The position numbers were made by a program, and so were the translations under genes. From positions 2,152,866-2,216,865 of the forward strand of contig MU053379.1 of NCBI GenBank assembly GCA_013239625.1: 64,000 nucleotides of DNA. The letters are read 5' to 3'. Below are positions 25,715-37,700 of the stretch, in pieces; position 1 is the first letter of the stretch; each line of letters starts with the position of its first letter. This stretch comes from Lama guanicoe (lineage: Eukaryota). The notes beneath the pieces are model-generated. The model was not told the origin of the DNA, ran no database searches, and saw only the letters and a list, made by a program, of their open reading frames with translations.

Positions 25715-25789
25715 GTTGTGGCTCTTTCCTCCTGGTGCCTGCTGCGGGATTCGATTTACTACACGCTGTCCGTGGTCGCGCTCATCGTG
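25715..25789 (+). CDS. SLC24A3: SLC24A3 exon ~7 (75 nt, phase 0-0), [25 protein letters not shown]
   Basis: Long pyrimidine tract then ccag|GTTGTG; donor GTG|gtaagt. Confidence 0.96.
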
Positions 25790-28700
25790 GTAAGTGTGTG
25801 GCGGGCACCTCGCCAGGATCCAGGCCTTTTCCCTCCCAGTCACCCTCCCCCGCTCGGGGTGGCGCGCGGCTTCTCCAGGCGGAGCAGGTGTGTGGGGGCG
25901 GCTGTTCTTTCTTCCAGCTGCTTTGATCACCCAGGACCCAAGCCTGGTGCTCTGCGCTCTGAGCCGGGGCTGGCTCTGGTCACCGGGCTCCACGAGCGGC
26001 CCTGCTGTTCTCCTGTGATCCCCAGCCCGCCCCTCCCTCTCCTCGCGGGCTCCTTGGTAACCCCCTTTGGCGTCAGTGTCCCTGGGTGGGGAATTCCCTC
26101 CCCACCCCCCGGTCTCCAGCCTCCCTGGCCACCCACAGTGCCCGGTGCCATCCTCACCCTCACCACATTCCTGGCAGTGCATCCCTGAGGCCCGTGGTGG
26201 GTAAGCAGCTTTCTACCAGACAGCTTCACGTCCCAAGCCCAACGCGTCTCTACACTCAGGACGATTTCCCCAAGGCTGGGCTGTCTTCCTGTATTTTAGC
26301 TCCCATTCCCACCCTACCCAGGGGTGTGTTAAACTGACCTTCCCCGCAACTCCCACCGCACCCACTCAGCTTAATTGTCCTGTGAGTTTTCATTTTAGAA
26401 AAACCTCCCCAGCGTCCCGCCCACCGTAGCCCATTTTGCTTGAGGTTTCCGGCCTCTCTGGCCTGAACTGACCAAGCTCACTGTAGGATAATGTTGCAAC
26501 AAGTAACCTCCCAGCCGCCCACCCACTTCTTCTCCAGCCCCAGTCGGTCCTCAGAGCCACCCCAGTGGCATCTCTACAAAGAATACTTGCAAATGCCCGT
26601 CTTTGGTTTAAATGCCCAGTGGCTCCATGTCGCCTGTGGGGACAAACCCAAACCCCTCAGCTTGGCAAGGGGAGCCGTCCAGGAGAAGGAGGACAGCAAG
26701 TCAGAAGGACACAGACGTGGGTGTCAGCAGCTCTGACTCCTCCTCTGGCCCCCTCCCCCCTGATCGGCCCTAATGACCTTGGGGGAATCAGTCTCTATGG
26801 GCCTCAGTTTTCTCACCTACAGAACAGGAATAGATCCGCTGAAGGGCCGACTGTGCACAGAGCACCACCTGTAGATTCTTTAATTGTAACTCTCTATACA
26901 GATGAACCAACAGTGATGTTTAACACTAGGCCTTCCCCAAGGAATCAGATGGGGCCTTCAGTCAACAGCAGGTCTGCAGTCAATTAGGTTTACAGCCACA
27001 GCCTCCTCACTCCAGGGGCAGCTGATGACCTGCAGGGTCAAGACCAGCCCCCAGGAACAGGAGGGCTCCAATGATCACACTGGAATGAAGACGCTTGTGT
27101 GCCTGTTGAACTCCCGATCAGCAGACTTAGGGACACACAGGGACTCTGTGTTCTTGTACCTGTGGAAAAGGTGTGATCACCCCAAATCTAGAAGCCCGCC
27201 TTCACCCCGCCCAGACTGCCCAAGCACACTCTGCAGGAGCTTTGTCCTGTGACGTCCAAGCCCACGCACATCACGTGCGCTCTGCTCTTCTGCCTTTGGG
27301 GTATTTTAGGATGATTCTTGAAAGTTACTTTTTTCAAGAGACATCTTAGGGGGTGGTGTAATTGAACAGAGCTCTGCACTTTGCTGAAGTTCAAAAACAT
27401 GCCTGCCCTGCTAGAGGCGAGGTGATGAGACAGAACAGCACAGTCCAAGGCCTCCCCAGGAGCATAAACTCAGAGACATCCACGCCCAGTGGCAGAACTG
27501 CCGGCGTTGGCTTCACTCTGTTTTCACATAGTTGCTTCCTGGACTGTGTGTGAAATAGCCTGTCTTCTGTCAAATTTATCTGGACATGTTTGAGATAGAA
27601 CAAGTGTGATGCTGCTAATGACGTGTGAAATAGTAAAGCGATTTTGCTTCCTCTGGCTGTGGGTGATGCTCACCCGCGCAGGGATTTTGGGCAGAGCAAC
27701 CTGTCTGCTGTGGATGAATCAGAGCTGAGCCAGCTGCACATGGGACGCCAGCGGCTCCGACAGCAACAGAGTGTAAAAGCAAGTGATTCTTTGCTGTGAC
27801 CTAGAGGTTGGACAGAGTCTTTACAGACCCGGCGTCAGGGCTGGAGTTTTAGGATCTTGAGAAAAATTACATTTCTCCACTGTTAGGAAGTAATGGAAAA
27901 GATAAAATCTGAGACCTCAGGGTTTAGTCTTGATCCTTTTTACTTTAACTGAAGTTCCTCCAAATTCAGCATGCCCTGGAAACGCCCAGCATGCTTACTG
28001 GAAATACACAACCCAGAGATTTTAATTCAGTAGGTTCGGGGGTTGGACCCAGGAAACTTTCACCTTAACCAAGATCCTCATTTGTGAATCTGATGCCAGC
28101 GGCACCCACCACACTTGGAGAAACACAATCTCAAATATGGTTAGACATGATGTTCGTCTGCTGCGTGGCAATGATCGTCTCCAGGGTAAATTTTGGGAAT
28201 TGCCAAGGTGGAGCATGGTGGTGGCTTGGTTGTCTGGATTTCTGACAGCTGTTAGTTTTTGGGGTCATCTCCACCTGAGACTTAAAAATGGTGTGAGGAG
28301 CAAAGCAGCCTTGTGTCCAGAAGAGCAGCACTTAGCACAGGGGTTTCTCGGTTTCCCCAAATCTGCCCCAGCGCCAGCCCCAGGCCGCCGCTCCACACGC
28401 TGAATCTTTTTGTCAAGGTTTCCTAGTCTCCTCTTTCTGTTTCTATGGTAACAGAAGCACTTTTCTTCAGGTTTTCCTTCCATAACACGAAGCTTCTCCA
28501 TCAGACCCGGCAATGGGCACTGGAAAGTCCTGTATTTAAAAGCTCTCCTCCTACCCACAGATAATTACCAACCATTCCAGTCATTTATTTTAACTATTAG
28601 GGTTTTTTTTTCACCTTCTCCCCTTTTGTATGGTTCTGAAATGTTCAGAAGATGGACTTGCAGGTCCCCCAAGGTGATGGAATGAAGCACTCATTCACCT

Positions 28701-31700
28701 GGAGGGCACGTCTGGACTGAGTGGGACCAGATGCCACTTCCATGTACATCCCAGCGAGAGGCCCTTCAGACCCACGCAGAGGAGCCCTGAGGACAATCTG
28801 TGAGGGCTGGGGATCCAAAGAGCAGGGAAGATGACTTCTCCCGGGATGCTGAAGGGCCGCTGGGCCAGGGGAGTGCTCAGAGGGTCATTACTACCCAGAT
28901 TCCAAAACAGCTGATGCAGAGGGACAGGCCAAGAAGCCAAACCACAGGAGTCAGACCAGCGCGCACATCCTGAAACCAACAGAGCTTCAAACAGCTAACT
29001 TAGAGACAAGGGACTCAGTTCATGCCACGTCAGCATCAGGAATCCACCTAACCTTTGCTCTCTGCTGTTTTCTAGTTTGTTGTTGTTTTTAAAGAGGGAG
29101 CAGAAGGAAATAAGAATGTGCTCTTGTCTAAAGCAGTCATGGTTTCAGAAACATACAGCATGTTTGGTGCCTTTTCGCCTCCCCGTCAGGTGTCCCCCCT
29201 TTACCCCTGGTGACATTCTCTACAGCGAAGCATCAAGCCCAGAGAAGCTGGACGTGGCCCAGGAGGCTCCCCCACGATGTGGGTCTCCCTCTGCACGACA
29301 GGTGTCACCGTTTAGGTCCCGCTAGCACTCTGGGCTCTTCGGAGCATGTCCTGTGAGCCCCTACCCGTGGATAGTCTGCGAGCCTTACAGACCACCCACC
29401 CCCAGCTGAGGATGAGGATGGGCAGCTCAGGCCTCCCCACCTTCTTCTTTCTCCAAATTCCGGCAGGCCCAGGCAGCCTCTGTTATGGAAATGTTACTGT
29501 AATTTACATAATCACATAATTTACATAAATGCAAATGATTCATTATATCGTCAATCTCACAGCTGCCCTAAAAGGAATACTTTATTTTTACCCTTCAGCT
29601 CTGCTTTGAGATCCGGGATTATGAGCATCAAGAGAAGGGAAACTTCCAGGGGGAGTGGACAGGCTTCTGAGGCAGGTTCCAGGTCACTCAGAGGGATCAC
29701 GGACCTAGCCTGGGGAGTGCTGGCCACCTGGAGAAGGCACCAGCTGGGGGCCCCTCCAGGCAACCTGGGTGCTGGCAGGCATCGGGGCTCATCTGAGGTG
29801 ACGCCCCCTCTGCTCCCTGGGGTCCCCCACTCTGAAGGGGACTCCGTGCGGACAAGGAGGCACAAGTCAGCCGACCCGGCCACCGGAGGCGGCCCGAGCG
29901 GCGCTGTTCCGTCCTGCAGCCCCAGGGCACACTCCTGAAATGCCGCTAGTGAGACCGAGGAACTGAATCTTTAATTAATTCAGTTGTACGTAGCCATCTT
30001 GGACAGCTCGTGCCTACCACCTTGGATAGCGCAGCTGTGGAGAGCAGATCCTTCCAGCAAAACAAAACCTGCTTCCTCCCAGGCACGCGCTGGCTCCAAC
30101 AAGCATAGGCCGCCTGCTTCCCGTGGGACTGAGTGCCCTGCTGAGTCTGTGGACGAAGATGTTCTAGTTCAGTACTCACAACTGCACGGGGAACTATTTT
30201 CGGTATCTGGCAATAGCCTATTATGAAAAAGAATAGGAAAAGGAACATATGTATATATAACTGAATCACTGTGCTGTACACCAGAAACCAACATGACATT
30301 GTAAATCAACTCTACTCCAATCAAAACATAAAAAATAAATTTAAAAAAAAGGGGGAAAAATACAACTCTGCAAGCTAGCAGTTACGTGAGTCCCATTTTA
30401 CAGGTGGCAAAACCGAGGCTGTAGGAATTCAGGGATTTGCCCAAGGTGAGGGAGCTACGATACCTCAGATTTACCAGAGCGGGTGAATATGATGTACGGT
30501 CACATCACCCCTGCAAAGAATTCGGATTTTCCCTCCAACACAGTCTGCCTCGTGCAGTCTGATTTTACCTCACCCACCACGCAATCCAACACCACTGGGG
30601 TGTCTGGAGCACTTACTTTACGTCCTTAGACTGAGCGTCTGCCTCCCCACTCCTGGAGTCCTTTCGTTAAGATGATGCAAAGTCTTCTCTCACCCTTTCT
30701 GTGAGAGGAAAATGTCTTCAGCTCATGCTGATGACTGTCCTTCAGCTCCCCACCCCTACCCCGGCTCCACAGCCCCCTCCAGTCCGACCCCCTCCTCTCT
30801 CTCCAGTTTAGTGATCCCAAGGCCCTGACGATCATAATTACATCTCAGCTCCCCCGGCCAAGCGGCCAAGTGGGAATGAGTCCGGCAGCCGAAAGATTCT
30901 CACAGGCAAGGATGTTCAAGTTCCTTAAACAAACCACCTGTGGGCGTACAAAGGGTCACCTGCTCAGAAATCCCTGCCACTGAGAGGAGGAAGGACTTCC
31001 ATCAGTGGTGCCGGGAGAGGGAAGGAGCCGGGGCATCGTGCGTTTGCTCCCGGACCCGGGAGTTGGTTGGCCAGACTGCAGGATGCTCAGAGGAGCGTCT
31101 CCCTTTCCCGAGGGCAGCAGCTTGGACGTTTCAGTTATGAGTCTGTTTCTGCACTGCTCAGCAAACGTGGCCATCGGTTGAAAACCATCATCTCCTGCAT
31201 CCTAACTCCGTCCTCTGGCCGCTTCCCTCCTCCTGTGGCCTGCCCTGCCTGTGTCTGGCGGATGCCCAGCTCTGCTCAGGCCCGGTCTCCAGATCCTCTC
31301 GACCGCTACCCTCCTGCAGCCCCGTCACCGCCAGCTGGGCCCAGCAGGAATCCTAATACCGGAGTTCCTGTGTACCCTTCACGGGGAAACCGTATCTGTG
31401 CCTGACAGCCGTTTTCCAGTGTATTCTGTCTGATTCCTCAAAGGGTATCCCCGTGGCCTCAGCTAGACCACCCTGCACCCTCGGTCCCCAAAGCTAAGGA
31501 AGTCAGGCCTCCATGTGGGCGCATCTCCTGAGGGCATCTCCACGCTCTGGGGTGAGAAGTGTCCAAGGGGCTGCGTCCCTTCCCAGCAAAGGGGAGAAGA
31601 TGTGCTTTTTTACTATTACTTTCACTGCTCAGAATGCCGACGGTGCCAGTGATCACGGTCCAGGTTACAAGGTCTTCGCTTCTGCAAGGCGGCCGCCCTG

Positions 31701-34700
31701 CACTCCTGGTCAGCCAACCCAGGGCCTGCCAGCCCAGCCTCTCCCCTCCTGCCCCCTCACCTGGGTGATCCCTGCCTGTCGTCCCGCTGCTGCTCCATCG
31801 TGAGTGGGCCGCTGCCCGGGCAGGCCCCTGGGATGCCATCCAGGGATTCACCTGCCTGTCCCTCTCAGATGAATTCTGGAGCAGACTCCAGCACTGCAAA
31901 GCTGGTTTCCATGGTACCCAACCGGTTCTCCCAGGCCTGGAGGAAGAGAGTGTTTTTTCAGATTCACGCCTGTGTGTTCCCATTTAGCACATCTGCAGAA
32001 CAGGTGGAAAGCTTAGGGCGAAGGCAAAGGTCGCTCTGGATGAACCACGTGTGGGCCAGAGAGCAGCCCCCTCCCCCGACCAGCGTGTGCAGCAAATGGG
32101 GGTCCAGATAATCAGTGCCAGCCAGCCCCACAGTGTCCTGGAGCGATTGTGGGCCTGGCCCCAGACAGCCAGCGGAGCACAGAGAGCTGCCTTCCCGAGG
32201 CTCATTTTCAAAATCCCTCCTGGGAAAAGGGTGGGTCAGCTCGGAAGGCGACTAGGCAGGTCCCTGGACTGGAGACTGTGTGTTGGAGTAAGAGGAGGGA
32301 CCCACCCGTCCCCATCTCAAGACGCCGGGCAGGAGCCGCCTCCAGACCGCCATCTCGCCCCGTGACAGCCGTGGGCTGGCTGCAGGCGCCCGCGGGAGGC
32401 TGTCTGTCTTGAGGTGCTTGCCCTCCTTCCAGGAGATTTAATGGAGCTACGAAGGGGACCTGGTCCGACTTCATGTCGACCTCCCTGACCTGCCTGCCTG
32501 GGCAGCGCCGCCGGGCGCGGGGCTGGGACGCGAGCGCCACCTAGTGGGGGCCGGCTGGAACTGGGGCCGCGGTTTCTTGTTTCAGGTGCGCGAATGATTT
32601 TCTTCCGCCCCAGTCACCCCGCCCTCGTGGGTGGCGGAAGATGTCTTCTTTTACTCCCAGAAAGAGCGTGGAAATACAGAGGAACATGAAGCACTTGTCT
32701 TAAGAGAACTAAATAAAGTAAAATGTGTAAGGAACAAGAAGTCCGCTCCCTGCAGCCATCAGCGACACCCGGTGAGCCGTCTGCTGCACACGCTGGTGGG
32801 GGCTGCTCTCTGACCCACACGTGGTTCATCCAGAGCGACCTTTGCCTGCGCCGACCTTGGCAGACACGGCGGGCCCGGGCCCCGTCGGGATGGTCCGGTG
32901 ACGTGCCCTCCGGAAGGAACGCTGTGGGCAGGGCAGCTCCCCCGTCTCAGTGCTGAGTTGTGTCCGTCCGCGGGTCGGCCTCCTCCAGGCTCCACCAGAC
33001 ACCGGCCGGAGGTCGTAGCTCACCCTCCGCCGCCTTTCTCTCCACCAACACGCCTCTTTCCGCTTAGGTTTTCTTAAAGGCCTGATTTCCAGCCCTTTTC
33101 TCCATTTTATTGTTCTTTTTTGACGCCTCGTATTCCCACCCAACCCTCTTGGAGTAGTGGGGTACAACCCAGACCGCGATCGCTCCTGGGCCACGAGGTC
33201 GCCGAGGCGTCGGGGCTCCGGGTGCTCAGTGGCCGGCATCACTGCCCCTGGGGTTCGGAGGTTCCCATCGCCCGTTCGCTGGTACTTGCATAGATGCCTG
33301 CATTTCTCGCTCCCCGACTGCCTCCCCGAACCACACCCCCACCTCCAACACCCCGGGCCACAGCCATCACCTTGACGTCAGGCTCCGGGCTCTGTCCTTA
33401 ATCGTGTGTCAAGTCCAGTCTCGTCCAGGCGTGCCCCACTATTTCTGATTTATTGTGTTCCCTGTAAATTCTGTCCTCACTTTGGAATCTTTTGCACAAT
33501 TAAGCCCATTCTGATTTTTTTTTTCACTGATTCGATCATTGAGACAAAAATCAACAGCTGAGACATACGGATCTCCGCCCCCACCTGTCAACTAGATGGT
33601 ACAGAATAAGGCTTCCTCAACGCTGCTTTCACTTCACAGAGTATCGGCTGCCTTCCCCGTAGACGGAAATTAGGTTGGTCCCCTGATAAACTCTTCACCA
33701 GTATCTTGTGCTCGTAAGTGGCTACAAATTGATTGTTCCAGCCGGCTGTCCAGGGCCGATATTGAATTAAGTTCAATTAATAGAAAACATTTTCCAACTT
33801 AAATCATTTGTTCTGTTCCCTGATTCCTTGGACTTTTTGAAAGCCAGTGATTATATAAAGGTGACTGTGAATGAGCGCCTCCCTGGGGAATGGACTTCAT
33901 ACCGTCCAGCCAGAACCACGGGGTGGATCCCTTTGCTTCTGTTTCTCTTCCCGCTCTGCTTTGACATTCTTACCCAAATGTCGGCCTGCTGGATCCGATA
34001 ATGACGCGCAACAGCACGACAAACTGATGAAGCCGGTGTCTTTTCCAGCATCTTGTTGGGAAGAGCAAGTTACGAATGAGGGTAGCCTGTTTCTCCCCAT
34101 CCTTCTCTGTGCTTCTCTGGGATAATTGGAGGGGGTTCCTTTCATGTGACTGTTGAGCCGTACCTGCTGGTCTTTGAGGTTTTCTCTGTGTCTCCCACAA
34201 CTGGCGGTGGTTATAATCGCTGGTTGCTGAAGTGATGCCGAGTTGTCAGCCGAGTTTACCATCTCTGTGTGGTCGACACCCTCTATGCCCAGAGGGTTCT
34301 GCCCTGGAATCTCCTGAGGGCCACTGCCCCTGCTGGAAGGCCACTCGGAGGTGATGGCACTCAAATCAGTGGTGTCCTGTGAGTGTGCAAAGGAAGAACT
34401 GTGAATCTGCTTGGATGAAGTCTGGGGGCGTTCGTCTTGTGTCAGCATCATGCCATCTGGGCACATAAGGGTGTCACGGAAAAACGTGAAATTAAGAGCC
34501 AGGGCTGGGTTCTAGGACCAACTCTGCAGCAGATGGAGCAACGCCAGGAAAATTCCTCCTATTCTCTGTGGCTCCACTCCCTGTATAAATCAAAGGGCTA
34601 GGATTCTACCACTTTTTCCACCAAAATGAGGAGCAATTTTAGATGTGTTATGGACGAGGGCTTAAATAAATCCAGTCCTGCTGTGTGATCCTAACCAATC

Positions 34701-37700
34701 GGGGGAGGTCTCTGTCTGGCACTTGCATGTCTTCCACGGCTTCCGATCCTCACTAATCCCCTCTCACAAAAGGGCAGGCCTGTGGCTGAGGACACCGGCA
34801 CCAACAGTGTCCAGCCAGGGTTTTCACTGTTACCGCATTGAGTGTTTTTCCTCTCTCCACGTGTTGCCAAGTGGTGCTGATTCTCCACCTCTGGTCGCGA
34901 TGCGAAATTTTCTTTAAAAAATAAAATCTTTTAAGGAAACAAAAGAATAGGTTGACCGAAAGAAAAAGATGGAGTCCACGGAAGTCCAAGTGCCTCCATA
35001 AAAGCGTGAAGGTGCCATACGACACGCAGAGATGTGCAGACAGCTTACAGGTGGCCCAGAAGGGGCGAGTGTTTGGGAGCACCCAGCAGCTCCTGCATCC
35101 GTCCCCTTGCAGAGCTGAAGTCCTGCAGCGCGTCTGGCTGTACTGAGCCAGGCTGGAGGGGCTTCCCACTCACTCCGCCCTTGGAGAGAAAACGCAGGAG
35201 GGACGGGATGGCATGATGCTCTCATCTCGTGCCCACCAGTGCTGCATCCTCCAGCCCAGCCCAGCCCCAGTTCCCCCCAGCCAGCAGCAAGGGCGGATAA
35301 CATGCGTTTGTAAAGCGTGTGTGTGCATGTGTGTATCTAATCTTCTCTCCTTTTGATTTTTTTCACAGTTCATTTATGATGAACAAGTTTCCTGGTAAGT
35401 CCCTCCTTTTCCCTCCCGGTTTCCCCTTGCTGTGTTGTAGAGACAGTGGATGCAAGACCAGGGTCAGGGTTTAGGAAAGAGGTGGGGGCGTCAGGGTGGC
35501 TCGGAACCTTCTGGCCATCTCAGCAAAGAAATTAACTCAGCTTCCACGGAGCGGAGACCTTCTCCCTTGGCTGGGCTGCTGGGCTGCTGGGCTTCCTTCT
35601 GGGGTCCTCCTCTCTCTCGGGCTTTGTCACCGAGGTCAGGCGGTGCGACGTAGCTGCATCTTTCTGCAGCAGCCATTGGCTAGGCCATGGTTAACACTTG
35701 GCGAATATTTTCCAGTTGTCCAGATCGCATCAGCATATTCCGAATACCATGTCTGTCTCAGGAACCAGAGGTGGAGGCACGTCGGTGACCTTTAACGCAG
35801 TAAAGTTCTGCCTGACATTCAAGGTCTTAGAGCTCTGACAAATCAGTGATTTTTTGATAGATTTTTTTAAAAAATTTGCTCAAATTAAATATATAGGAAT
35901 ATTTGCATTGGGGTCAATGTCCCAATCCCCTTTTCTGAGATGGGTTCTGAGCAAGTCAAATACGTTTGAAATGGAGCTAGAAATGGGACTTGCTGAGCAT
36001 GTTGTTATGCTTTTCCAATGTTTGATCTGTGGGAGTAAGATTATGTGAAATAACGTCTCAGAAATAGGTATTTGCAGCGCTGTCGGTAGACAACTTTCAT
36101 GGTTTTATATAATGCCAAGGATGAGACAGAAAAAGGACAGAGCCTGCTGGTCTTCATTTTCAGCAGAATGAGCACTAGCTTTGTTGGAGCGACACCTCTG
36201 TGATTTTCAGAATCTGTGATTTTCAGATGGTGCAGCAGGGAGCACATCGCGTTGACCATGAATGTTACGCACTATCCAGGGTGTTAAGATACTTTTACCC
36301 CTTCTCTCATCTGTCCAAGAGGGCGAGGAGGAGACATCTGGGAGGACTTGTTTTAAGACAGTCTCAGGGGTGAGGAGGGTACAGCTCAGTGGTAGAGCGC
36401 GTGCTTAGCATGCAGGAGGTCCTGGGTTCAATCCCCAGTCCCTCCATCAGAAAAAAAAATTTAAAAAGACACAGTATCTATATTGTGTATATTGTGTATG
36501 GGTATATATATATACCCATAAAAAATATTGACCCATAAGAAGGGAGTCTTCTCCGAATAACCATGATCAACAGGCTGAAAGGGAGCAAGATGTCTGGAAG
36601 CACCTCAGGTCAGAGGTCAGAGGCCAGAGGTCAGGGAGAACCTCCTCACAGAACCCACCTGCACGTGGCTGCCAACTGCAGGGGTGACATCTCCCCCGTC
36701 CTTGGGGGTGAAATGCAGCACAGAAAAAGCTGCAGATGTGGTCCCGCTCAGACCAACGGCTCGGTTAGCACAAGCTCCGCCCTGCCTTGGCAAACAGGAG
36801 GTGCCGACTTGTGGCTCAGTGTCGCTGCCCTTTGCTAACATCGCTGCCCAAAAGACAAGCAAGTTATGATCACAGTCGCCCTCGGAAATATTTCTGCTGC
36901 TTTTGTGCAGAAAACCTTAAGAAAGGATGTGCACGGGTGGTGTCCCGTCTGTCAGTCTTGGAGCCCTCTCTCCACGCCTCCCGGGCTTTGCTCGTGGAAA
37001 CCTCGGCGGGGGGATGCGTGGACAAGCCTACAGCAGTCCTTACCCTCAAGATGTCTTCTTGGGCATTTCAGATGGGATGGAGCAAGATAGGAGAGTCTGT
37101 TTCCTCTTCTTTCCAAAGGCTGGCCCTCCCGGGATGTTAGGAGGTTAAAACCTCGGGTCCTGGGCTGAACCCCAAGCCTGTGCCAAGTCAAGGCCAGATT
37201 CTGAGGTCATCATACCCCCTGCCCGAGCACCCTGGCTCCCACCGAGGGAGCAGGCGGGAGGACCACGGGTGCATGAGCTGCAGATTCCCGAGCAGCTTCT
37301 GTTCCAGCCTGGAATCATAACTCGTGCGCAGATGTAGCTGCAGGAAGAACTCAGGGGCAGGTTTCGTGGCACCAGAATGTCACTCTGAGGCCACTGGGCT
37401 GTCACGTCATTACTGATACGTGTAGATGAGCAGCCGGTGAACACTCTCCACATGAGCGAGGCTGAGAAATTAGTCGGCCCCGTGGTCCGTAGCTGCTCTG
37501 GGACCTGCAGAGATTTCAGCTCCCCATCTGAATGTGAAATATACTGAACTTTAGGGTACTTTTTTCCTCTCCACTTCTCTTACTTTCCTGCCCAGCCAAC
37601 CACAAGTATTTGTTTGGCTGAAAGGGTGTGTCTAAGAGCTGGTCTCTCTTGTTTCTCTCTTCCAAGGCAGATTCCTCAACCGGTGCAATTAAAGCATATT

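Noticed and set aside
33897..34466. 189-aa minus-strand ORF
   Set aside because: Non-ATG start, no recognisable similarity and no supporting gene structure.
36375..36447. tRNA-Ala-like genes (here and at the six similar loci)
   Set aside because: Divergent copies with A-rich tails and TSDs are SINEs, not tRNA genes.
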